DNA from: Hydrurus foetidus
Taxonomy: Eukaryota
NCBI GenBank assembly: GCA_900617105.1
Contig: UYFQ01000587.1
Span: 62,001 to 118,229, forward strand
DNA: 56,229 bases
Reading direction: 5' to 3'
In this document: one piece after another, positions 1-11,793 of the stretch
How the letters are laid out: every line of letters starts with the position of its first letter
How positions within the stretch are numbered: position 1 is the stretch's first letter
The notes under the pieces: generated by a model
The model's input: the letters and a program-made list of their open reading frames with translations, nothing else
Told to the model about the DNA's origin: nothing
Database searches by the model: none
Program-made: the position numbers and the translations under genes

Positions 1-280
1 ACTGCATTAGTCACATCCACATCAATTCTAACACTCAGACTAAAACCCATCGACTGCCGCATTCACTCGAAGCAAACAGATACAATGATTTTTTGATATC
101 CGTCCTATTAAATGACAGATCTTGCTATTCTACAAATTTATTATATTCTACAACGTCATGCTCTGTATCGTATTGGTCTCTGCAGCACATTGTGACTGAC
201 GTCTGCATGATTTCCGCTGCGTGCCGTCATCTCGTGAATGCCCTTCCGATTGTAACTGCTTCTCTTTTCCTCTGTAACAG

Positions 281-2166
281 TTGAGTTGGAGCAGGTGCAC
301 CACTGGAGATTCGTGAGTCCCCTCGATCCCGTCTACAAGGCATCTCACTGCGCGCCCTCTGACATGTACCGAAACGGTTTAACGGATCTTGCCGACTGGA
401 TCCCGCAGAACATTGAGAATGGGTTGCTGAAGGAAGGAGTGGACTACTTCTTGAATCTTTTCGAAGTGAAGAGGTACTGGAAGGACAACATTGAGGTGAA
501 GGTTAAGGAGCAGGAAAAGGAAAAGGATATGGTACGAGAATCATCCACAGAGACCGACAAGGATAATGAAAGAGCGAGCAAGGTTCAGTATGACAGGACA
601 ATACGGCAGAAAGGTGCAGCTGTTGCTGGAGGAGAAGAGGAGGTAGAGTGGGAGGAGAGAGAGTCAGCGGACAGCGGTGTTCCAGCCGGCTCCTTTCCTT
701 CAATATGCGATATCGAAGGTAAGTCAAGAGCACCACTCCCTAGTCTTCCCCTATTACACCTGCCCTTCTACCCACTGGATATACAGACATTAGCTCCATC
801 TATCACTGGATGTAGTATCTGTAACCTCACCCTAACCATCACCATCATTGTCGCCTTCTGATGCTTCTCCCCCCCTCTCCTGTCCTCCCTGTCACTACTT
901 TGCATCTACTATCGGCTCCTTGACCGATCCGACAACATCAGGGGAGGAAGAAAAAGAAGAAGAAGTGGTTCTCTGCCAGGATCTAAGGCGGAAAGTGACA
1001 CAGAAGAAAGAGCCCCCACCCGTGCCTGTCCCCAAACCTGTAATGGACTTCGCCTCTGTGTGGGCAATTCTAGAGGCGGAGGGGTGGTGGCGCATCCGTA
1101 TAAACGATTTCTCTGACCCGGTGTACAACGCCATGAAGTTCTACTCGGAGGTGTACGTGAGTGTGATCGCCAAGGACATCTGGAACATGGAGGCCTTCAA
1201 CTTGGGGCTCATTCTATACGGAGTGCATTACTTCGACAGGTGTGTTCATCTGAGGAAGGGAGACTCATTCGGCGTGTCATGTGCTGTTTGCTTATCCGCT
1301 GCATAGCCGAACAGACAGTCTGAATCTACTCTTCTCCGCGTTATCTCTTCTCTACTCGCTGCCTTCTCACCTCCTCTTACCTTCTCTTCTCTCTCTTCTC
1401 TCACCTTCTCTTACTTTCTCTTTGATTCTCTTCTCTCTCTTTGTTCTCTTCTTTCCTTCTCCTCTCTTCTCTCTCTTCGCTTCTCCTCTCTTCTCTCTCT
1501 TCTCTTCGCTTCTCTTCTCTTAACTTCTCTCTCTTCTCTTCTCCTCTCTTTCTCTCTCCTTCTCTTCTCTCTCTTCTCTTCCTTCTCTTCTCTTCTCTCT
1601 CTTCTCTTCTCTTCTCTCTCTCTCTTCTCTCCTCATTCTCTGCTTTCTCTTACCTTCGCTTCTCTTACCTTCTCTTCGCTTCTCCTCTCTTCTCTCTCTT
1701 CGCTTCTCTTAACTTCTCCTCTCTTCTCCTCTCTTCTCTCTCTTCTCTCTTCTCTTCTCTTCAGTCCAAGGGAGGTTAGGAAGCATTTCGAAGCTAGGAG
1801 TGCCGCTCAAGACGAGGACACTCGCAGGTAACCTGGTCACCTACCCAGCGCGATCATCACGTACGCGCATTCCATTCAGTGGTGGAGAAGAATACCCCTC
1901 TAACCCCCACCCCACCCCACCCCACCCCACATACACACACACTCTTTCCTCTCTGTACTTGTTGCTATTCCACCCTCTAACGCATCCTATCCTATCCTCA
2001 GATCATCGGGCTATACGTCTCGATCGGGGAGACGCATTGAAGGAAGCGCTCAGACTCAAGTCAGTTCGCCTCAACAACTTAACCGGAGTCGAGCTCTTAG
2101 AAGCATCCACAGATACGAGGCTGGCTACAACAAGAAGCTCCGTCAACTCATGAACGGAGCTGTCAC

Positions 2167-2220
<54 letters not shown>

Positions 2221-2284
2221 AGACATTCGGGCGTTGCAAGGCGGTGCAGGGAGCTCGAGTGCTCTCCATGCGGACAAGTCAACT

Positions 2285-2319
<35 letters not shown>

Positions 2320-5300
2320 GAAGGTGACGGGCAAGAAGAGGATAAGGATACGGAGCAGGTTGACAGCTCTCAGAAAGTCGGCCACAGACGCGGATAAGGA
2401 TAAGGACAAGGACAAGGACAATGGCAAAGAGGAAGACAAAGGGAAAGACAAGGGCGAGGTGCAGAGCAGCAGCAGCCTCAGTCCTACTCTGTTCGGAAAT
2501 ATCGCGCCCAACACGTGGATCTCCAAGTGGTTTATAGTGGAGGGCGAAGAGAAGTCTTGGTTTAAAGGTACGTACGTGCAAACGTTTAAGATCTGTCCGT
2601 GACGTGTCTCTATCTACCTCCTTGAACGTGTCACTTTTTGTCTGATTGTATGCTTGTAAAGCGCTGGATATTGCATCGTCAATTTAAGTTAAATTACGTA
2701 GGATGATCATGATTTTATCTGGCGCCTGCAGTCTTTTATTAGATACGATGTCTGTCTCGCTTTGCTATGGTTAGCTACACTCCTACTGCAGTGTGACCTA
2801 TGGCTGCCATCTCTCCCCCATAACTATCCCTCATCTGTCCAGGACGCGTGGTGAAGCGCGGCAGCTCCACTTACCAGTATGACGTGCGGTTTCCCTGCAC
2901 CAACGACAAAGACGATGACTCCATGGAGACTTGGAGCTGCTCACTGACCAGCGGATCCCTGGAGAAGGGGGAGTGGCGCTTCCAGAACGTTGCTGCCGCT
3001 GAGGTCGCATCAAAGATGATGATAGCGAAGGCGTCTAGGTTCCTGCCACGCACAGTGCCCAGATCGACAAACCGTCCTGTCCCCCCTGCTGCCCCTCCCT
3101 CCGCTTCCTCTGTGCCTTCTTCATCATCAGCCCCCCTTAAGACAGGTCTCTCTCCTTCTCACGCCGACCTGAAGCCCGCACAGTACTTGTCACGACGCTC
3201 AGCTCCAGTGTCCAAACATTCCCGCGCAGCTCTCCGTAACTCAACCGTTACTGAAGCTGCTCCCTCCCCCACAACTACGTCTTCCAGCAACTCTGCGCCA
3301 TCCTCGTCTACTTCTTCTCCGACTTCTTCTTCTCCGCACTCCTCGCGTCTAACTCGCAGTGCGCCCAGTTCTGTCGCGCCTCCAAAGCTGTCACGGGCCA
3401 TTGAAGCGAACAGGCTGTCAGTGGAGGTGCCGCTGCAGTCCGACACACTGGACCTAACGCGCGACACAGACAGTGCGGACAACACCGACAAAAGGGGAGA
3501 CAACATGGACGATGGTCGCTGCAGGGATGACGATGCAGGAGATGAGGAGGTTGTCAAAAGTAGTGGTCCACACTTTGTAGATGCTGCTCATGTTCGTAAG
3601 TCTACATCTCCGGGTAAGATGATCGGGTCGCACACCGGGACGAAGAAGAGTCCGAGAGCAGTCCCAGTTCGCTCAAAGAAGAGAGAAACTTCGCCACGCG
3701 ACAAGGGCGCTGTCCGTGCCGACAAGGACTTCACTGGCAACAACAACGAAGACAACAACAGTAACAATAACAACAACAACTACGATGACACAGACAGTGA
3801 CAGCTCTCGCGGTGGCCGGCACCGTAACCGCCATCACGGTACCGGTAAATACAGCCCCAACAGCACCATAATTGACGGCAACAATTTTAGAAGAGGCGGC
3901 AAGGCGATGATATTAGACGCCAGCAGCGAACCCGTTTGTGAGCATAGACACTCAGCACCTCCCATGATACAAGTCGTTGTGAATCGCAGCCCTATTGAGC
4001 AGAAGGCGAGAGAGGCGGAGAACATGGGAGAAAACAAAGAGGACAGCGGCAAGGGAAAGAGCGACATTGGAAGCACAGTTACAGATCGACCGCAGCCCTC
4101 TACTCCCCCTCGTCCTTCATCCTCCTCCTCCTCATCTTCTTCATCCTCCTCCTCCTCTTCTGAATCGCATCAGCGCCTTCAAGAGAAGCCTTCTCCCTCT
4201 GCGATCAAGATGACTGCCAAGCTCGCCTTCATGATAGCCAGACAGAAGTGAGACCACACCATCCCTTACCATACCATACCATACCATACCATACCATACC
4301 ATACCATATCATACCATACCATACCGTACCATCAGTGCTACGCTGAGCTGCTTCCATTCCATTCCATTCCATTCCATGCCACGTGAAATAAATAAATGCA
4401 ATATCATAGACAGACCTACTGATATGATGCGTAGCTACGCCCTCTCCCTTCGATGCTCCACTCTCTGTCTTACTTCGTATCCACAACCCTTGACCTGCTC
4501 CCTCTTCCTCGCACTCCCCACCCTTTGCCTCTCCTAACCCTCTCCCTTCCTCCCCCTAAACTCTCCCTTCCTCGTCTAACCCTCCCCCTCCTCCTCCCCA
4601 CAGTCGAGAGCCCAGTCTGAAGTCCGAGTATTGGATGGTGGCCAAGCAGCTTGGGTGGGACCTGCTCAGTTCGACATACCTGGGTGAGAGCGACTGATGC
4701 ACACGACGTCCTAAACACCGAACATGCTGCGCTGCTGTGAGAGCAATTAAATGTGTTGTAGTCATGTCGACTCAAGTCAACGAAGTGTAGTTGGGTACTT
4801 GAGGTCTTTTCTACAGATGAGACGTGATAGACGAAGGGAGGGGACGTTGGATGTCTCGGTTCCCCCCTCATCGCACAGTTGACTGCCACTGAGACTCCTT
4901 ATCTCTCACTCATACTGTAATCGGTCTATCCACACTACGAAGAGTAGTCAGAAGTGTGTTCATAGGAGAAGGCACACATGGGCAGATAAAATAATGTCAT
5001 ACACATCCTAAGTAATCCTACCTTATCCTACTTTATCTTCAATCGTCTTTGCGTCCCTCCTTTTGTCTGCTTTTGCTCCCACAGGAACGGAACACTCCAC
5101 TTGCTACATGGCTCCTTGGGCGGTACGTACGTACTGACGTCATTGCAGTGCATGGGAAGGAAGAGGAGAAACTTGACGACTGGAGAGGAGAATATCGTGC
5201 GACTCTAATAATCAAAATGTTACATTCCGTCTATCGTACCTACCTGCACTGTCTTTCCCCCTCCTTCCACCCTTCTTCCCTTCGGACAGCGTAACACTTC

Positions 5301-8300
5301 TCCAACTCTTCCTCTCACTTCTAATTCCTCATCTTCACATTCACAGAGCACTCCACTACAACACCTCCCCTCATCATCCCCTTCTCCCCTTCACCTCACT
5401 ACATGTTTATCTAGGTTGCCACTCAGCGTATAAGAGACAACAGTTTCTTCGTCTACAACAATTCGACATACACACCCATTTTAGGAAGAGACTTTTTCTG
5501 GCAGGTGAATTGGGTCGCACATAGGACACCATGTCTGGCCATCTTATGATTCGATTTTACTGCTGCAGATGTTTACTGGAAAAACAAGATCACTCGATGT
5601 GTCTTATTTCAACACATGCACCTAACGTTCTGCCCCACTTACTTACAAAATGCCTACGTTGTTGTGGCTAGCACCCATTGCACACAATACGACACCGCAC
5701 CCCAACTCCGCTTCCTCGCACTTCTCTCCACTTCTCTTCACCTCTCTGCATCTGACCTCAATCCACTCCTCTTCACTGCTCCTCCCGCCTATTAGTCCAC
5801 CCTCTTCGTTTTTCTCCCTTCCCATCTCCCTTTATCTTTCTCTTCTTATCTCATGCTTCAATCCTACACACAGCTTCTCTTCCTTTTCTCGTTCATCATA
5901 AATTACCCAAGAGTCCCTTCCTCATATCTACCTCCCTCTCCACCTCTCTCTCCACCTCCATTTCTTCCTCTTTCTCTTTCTCTACACTAGGTGGAAGACG
6001 TCATGGCGTATTTAATCAAATTCGGAAACGCCTTCGATCAGGAGGGGTTGTCCATGATGACTCGTGTGGAGTCGAGGAGGAGGAAGATACCCATCAATAC
6101 TTCTTTGTCATATTCCTCCTCTGAACGACTCTCCCCTGTTGCAGTGTCAGCGCCAGAGAGGAAGAGCAAACAGCTGCTGCGCATAGAGTACGAAGAATCG
6201 GTGACTGAGAACATCAGAAACCAGAAGAGGCTGTGGACCAGCACCGGATACGTCACCGCTCAAGGGACTGCTCTGCTAGTGGGGTGCAAGGTGAGAGTGT
6301 TCATGCGACACAGCGGAGATCTGAGCTATGGTGAGTGTCAACAAGGCAGAAAAAGACACAGGCACAAGCATCGACAACGACAACGCAGTGGCAAAGAGGA
6401 TGAGGATGAGGATGGGGACAATCAGAGGGAGGACAGCAGCGACTTGGAGGGGGAGGGCGACGTAGAAGGGGACCAGCACCGTCAGTCCGATTGTCCTCAC
6501 TGCATATGCGGCACTGTCACCTGCATGCTGCCCTGTGCCTTCGACTTCGAGGCTCTGTGGGGTGTAGTCTATGACCCCTCTAGTCTCATGCGTCACTACG
6601 ACCGCATGGCCGTGCTAGATAGAGACGCCTACTCGTACTCCGCCCCTCACGTTGCTGTTGGTGGCAAGGAAATGCACTCGAGCAAAGGGGACTCCTCGCA
6701 GGACATTGAGGATGAGAGGAAGACGAATGTCCTCCGGGGCTACGAGACTTTGTCCTATGCAGACCTACAGCCCATTCTCTCAAACGCCTTCTTGAACGTC
6801 AACTGCTCCACTGTGCCCTCCCACCAATACATCGCTTTGGACGCGGCAAAGGCAGGGAAGAAATTCGACAACAAGAACAGCAAAATTGCCACAAAACTTT
6901 CGAACAAGGACAAAATTCTGAAAGATAAAATAGAGAAAGAAAAAAGTGAGGCTTTGCTGAGAGAAAAGGAGAAGGAGAATCAGAATGTGACGACTGCAGT
7001 GAAGAAGAGCGATGAAGAGGTTGAAAGGGAAGTGGCTCGAAGAGTTGCACTTGAGGTTGACCTAGCTCGCAAAAGAATAGAGAAGACGCACGGCATAGAA
7101 TTGAAGAAATCTGCTGACGAGATAAGAATGCTCAAGCTGACGACTGCACAACGCGAGAAGACATATAATGAGAGGGAGAAGAGCATGGAGATGAGTGAGA
7201 GGATAGTGCAGTCCTTGAAGAAAGAGAAGGAGGTCTGGATGGAGAAGAGGGGGCGGGAAGCCAAGCTTAGCAGCGAAGTGACCTCTCTGCGTAAGAGCCA
7301 GCAGGACATGAAGAGGGACTACTCTACCAAACTTGCACACACTGAGATGCAGCTCAGCGCGGCTGTTAGGAGCATAGCAGAGGAGAAGGACAGTCTAAGA
7401 TTAGAGTTGGGAGCAGGGAGGAGGAGGGAGACAGCCAAACTCACGTCTCAGATAAAGGACTTGGAGAGAGCCCTTGCTGCTGCTACTGTTGCTCAGGAGC
7501 AGACGAAGAGCAGGAAGAGAGCGAGGGAGAGCGCTACTGACGGGACGGGTGGGGGTATGGGTGGCAGTGGCAGCATGAGTCCTAGTGAGGGTGTTTCCCC
7601 CAAGAGAAATAGGACTCACTCCATCTCCATGTCTGTGTCTGTGTCAAGTCCCGACACGCACACCTCAGTTCCCAGTCCAACCCGTATTGAGAACCAGTTG
7701 GTGACCGCCACAGGTGGGAGCTGAAGTGCACTGAATAGTATGTGCCTGGGATTACATGCAGAACAGAATAGAATAGAATAGAGAGCAGAATAGAATTCAA
7801 TAGAATAGAAGAGAAGAGAATGGGATGGGATGGGATGAAACAGTATAGAGTAGAACAGGACAGCTTCTAGACGATAGATGGCAGCTACCGCATCATCATC
7901 ATCAGAACCCAAATCATTCCTTGCTGCCTCAACTACGCTAATCTTCGCTGCTGTGAATTACGGTTTATATTGAATTGAACACTACATGCCGCAACGCACA
8001 GTGCTGCTCTCAGTTCCTCATGCAAATCCTCGTGATCACTATTCTCTTCTTCTCTGTTACAGAAGCATCTCTGTTCGCGTCTTGGACGGAACACCTTGAC
8101 TTGTACAGGTCAGCATTCAAGGTACGTGCAGAGCACTGTCATTCACATTGACATCGACATCGACTCGAACACACCATCTAATAAATGGAAGACTCATCTA
8201 ATTAAGCGCTATCTGTGCGACACTTGCAGTTGCGCATGCTGGAGATAAAGATCGACAGCGGGGACTACCCGGTTCCGGCCACCCTGAACCTCTTCTCCAA

Positions 8301-9839
8301 GTGGACCACTGCAGAGCAAAACAGGTCAGTCAACGGTAGATGTGATGAGCGACAAATCAACATACATTTGATGACGATGGGATGAGATGAGATGAAATAA
8401 GATAAAATAAGATAAGATGGAATCAGTTGAGATGAGATGAGACCGGGGGAGTGATTTTGGATGCTCCAGATGAGAGGCACTCGTTTGATCCCAATTCTCT
8501 TCAGAATCGAGGAACAAAGGCAGCGTCTAGGGAATAATCACATCGAGTAATATCGTGTTGAGCAAGTGTAGCAGTTCTCGCTTTCTCTCAAGTAGCCGAC
8601 AATACCGTCCCTTTCCTCTCCTGTCCTCACTTTTCCTTCCCTTCCCTCTCATCACTTGAAATCGCTTACTCTGTCCCAACTCCAAACAGCCCTCTGCTCC
8701 AAGTGCGGTTTGTTCGGATGCAAAAGGGGACCAAGAGAAAAGGTTCGAGACGGCATTTCTAGAACCTTAACTCGCCATACGATACGAAGACACTCAGAAG
8801 TGCCGCAAAGCACGTCTATGAGTCAGTCTGCTCGTTCACCTTCCAAGTAGCTGTTTTTCTGTCTATCTGTCTACCAATGTGTTTTCAGCGACATTATTCC
8901 CGCGAGGTCTTCCAGCTCTGCAAATCCTAACACCACGTCCCTCCCTCCGCACTGTTCATTTTTTAATTACTGTGTCTTTCCTTTTCTCCACTGTAGCGCC
9001 CAAGCGTGGCTCAATGAACGCGAGGTGCAAGGAATCGGATTATCATAGAGACAGAGATGTTGATGGAGAGAGGGAGGCAGACAGAGACAGGGAGGAGAGG
9101 GAGGGTATTGATGAGGAAATGGTTACCGTCTACGTTGCTGATGCTGCCCTCGACCTTGGGGGACTCAAACAGGTCAGACGGCTAGAATAGATTATGATAG
9201 TGTAGTATAGAGTAGAATAGACAGACAAGATCAATCTAGAGCAGAGTCACTTTACTGCCATTGTTGGAGAACCCTCGCTCCCTTGCTTGTACCCCCTGAT
9301 CGTCAAAACTGCGTCACCAATATATCTAAAATTTTCATCTAATACCCCTAACGCATTGCTCGCCTCAGACGTGGTTCGGAGATTTTTTCCGGGCAATGCG
9401 AACGTACGAAATGCCGGTACGTCGCTAACACTGATTAACCGGTTGAAGTTTGCTGTGCTGTGCTGTGCAGTACTACACTGCACTGTGCTGCACCGCTACG
9501 CATTGCTAGAAGCGCCTTCTTCACATGCACTCACGTCACACACTCTGTGCTCCACTCCACTGCATCATAACACCACAGGTCAACCTGATCGAAGAGTGCA
9601 GATGTCCCCATATGGACGATGACGTCAGTGAAGGCAGCGGTGTGGTGCGTGCGTACACGCTCTTCTCGGTGGGCGAGTGCGGGTACCACTTCTTTCCCAC
9701 ACCTATACTCGACAAGAGAGGGGAACCGATTGCATTGAGGAAACCCCCCGTGAACGTTACGCCCCTACCACCAGTCACCTCCTCTCTCACCTTTATCCTC
9801 CCCACTGCGAGGCCATCCTCCCCTTCTTCTTCTTCTTCC

Positions 9840-9872
<33 letters not shown>

Positions 9873-11202
9873 TCTTCTTCTACTTCCTCTTCTTCTTCTT
9901 CGAGTGTCGATAGTGAAGAGCGCCTCTCACCAGTTGAAGAACATTCCCCATACGACACCTCCTCATTTACCAGCAGTAGCAGCGATCAGTGCGCAGTGCC
10001 TAGCAGTTCCTGTCCTGCACCCTTAAGAGAGTCAGAGGGATCGATGCGGCAGAAGAAATCAATATTAGACGCACTCGTGAACACGGGCAAGATCTTGAAC
10101 CAGTGCCTACGTGAAGGCTTGCCTCTAAGTCAGTCCTTCTCCTCCCCCCTGCTGCTCTCCTTTCTCTTCAGTGGGAGAGAGGGACTAGCCTATTCCTCTC
10201 TCTCGCATGCGCAACTCATGCAGGCCATACTGGACCACGACTCTGGATACGCTGGTAACAACCCGCTCTGCTTTGCTCTCTCTTCCTCTCTGCGCCGTAA
10301 CTGCTTCAACAGTTCTATCCATCTCTCTTTTGGTCTAATTTAATCTTATTGCACCTAAAGTTCCACTCACGTATTCGTAGCTGACTGCATATTTCACGAT
10401 GCATCCTCAACCGCCCTAGCAATCTCTTTCCACTCCACTCCATATCATGGCACTTCCTCGCCTTATCAAATAGACGCCATGTCATGTCATGCGATGTTTT
10501 TTAAGACTGACTTCGAGAACACCTTCGCAGCACGATAACTGACGCTGTTTTCTTCGCTTTCCTCACGCCCCTGTAGGAGCATTGAGCGTCACGTACAGGA
10601 CGTACAGTAGAGACGAGTTGGTGGAGTTCGTGAAAGAGAGAATCTACGATCCACGATCCGAGTTGCTGGAGGCCCTGAGAGCGGGTTTCAGCATCGTGAA
10701 GATCAGCAGCCACCTGAAGCCCTTCTCGAGCAGAGGGTTCGAAGAGCACTTCGTGGGTGTGGAGATGTTCACTGCCGTGGACGTCATTGCTTGCCTCTCC
10801 TTCAAGTGCGACAACGACTTCGAAGTCATCCAGGACTCATTCAAATCAGTGGTAGAGCAGGCTATCGTCCTCTTAGGAGAAAAGAAACACTCCAATTTGA
10901 CGGAATTCGTGAAGTTCATAACCGGATCTTCTGTGCTCCAGCCCACACGGAAATTGATCGTGACCCCCTTGATAGTCGGGACCGGGGACGTGCCCCACTG
11001 GCCGGAATACCCGCTACCCAAAGCCCAAACCTGCTTCAACACCCTGGTGGCCCCTTACCTCATAGACTGGTCTGCAGCAGAGGAAAGTAATGCGGACTGT
11101 CCCAGGGCGAGAAAGGACGCGGCTGTTTGGACGGAGGAGAACCTTCTGCGCAATTTCGAGCTGATGCTCTGCTTCAACAAAGAAGCTTTTTCCGACTCGT
11201 GA
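281..11202 (+). CDS. Large multi-exon HECT-domain E3 ubiquitin ligase-like protein (5' partial), with three W..L..GW/G.DYF repeats, two Tudor-like segments and a coiled coil
   Basis: Phase-compatible GT-AG exons: 281-718, 942-1239, 1765-1827, 2002-2567, 2843-4247, 4604-4683, 5085-5122, 5415-5504, 5991-7713, 8063-8121, about 8230/8260-8324 (uncertain), 8690-8742, 8997-9172, 9369-9416, 9579-10254, 10577-11202. HECT hallmarks: LQVRF, ALDLGGLKQTWFGDFF, TGKILNQCL, EALRAGF, FVKFITGSS, LPKAQTCFNTL (catalytic Cys codon 11032-11034) and Phe at -4 from the C-terminus (AFSDS*). Confidence 0.8.
1330..1764. repeat. Intronic C/T-rich low-complexity tract (TCTTC/TCTC units)
   Basis: About 430 bp of near-pure pyrimidines ending at the acceptor AG at 1763-1764. 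Confidence 0.9.
2171..2317 (+). repeat. Two coding (CAG)n tracts, read as poly-Ser (2171-2218) and poly-Ala (2285-2317)
   Basis: Direct AGC and GCA runs inside exon 2002-2567. Confidence 0.9.
4268..4325. repeat. (CCATA)n pentanucleotide microsatellite, intronic
   Basis: Tandem ccata units just after the donor at 4248. Confidence 0.9.
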
Positions 11203-11793
11203 TACACCGTGTAACAAACGTCTTATCATCCAAACTATATGAGTTTCAATGCCAGCAGTGATGTGTCGAAGAATCTGTCGCGATGACTACTAATTCCTTC
11301 ACCACACATGAAATTCGCCACACGTTACATGAAACATTATGGCATGTCCCTACTTTGTACCCACACTAAAAAGTTATCGCGACTATTACAATCGCCTGTA
11401 AGTCTGCTCTTCCTAAAAAAGTGAGATTTCAGATTATTTCAGGCTACTTTTCCTGTACACTTCTTGAATGTGCAGTGCGTGCGCGAGAAAAATATTTTGG
11501 ATGGCTGTGGACGAGAAAAGTTATTTTGGTGATGAAAACTGAACACGGAAATAAGCCAAGAACCGTAAATTTCGTCGTGTTGTGTCAGAATTCTTCTTGT
11601 TCGTGACTGGTGACAAAACAACAGCAAGTCGCCTTTGCGAGTACTCAAAAGCTTACGTTCGTTATTCTTGACTTCAATATAATAGGACGTACAGAGGTTT
11701 CCAAACACATCACAGTCCCATCATTGACTTTTCGCTCACCTTTCAGAGCCAAAGACTTCAGCGACTGCCTTCAAAGTAGTCCAGTACATTGAT

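Noticed and set aside
1281..1779. Leu/Ser/Phe-rich membrane-like ORFs
   Set aside because: Translations of an intronic pyrimidine repeat.
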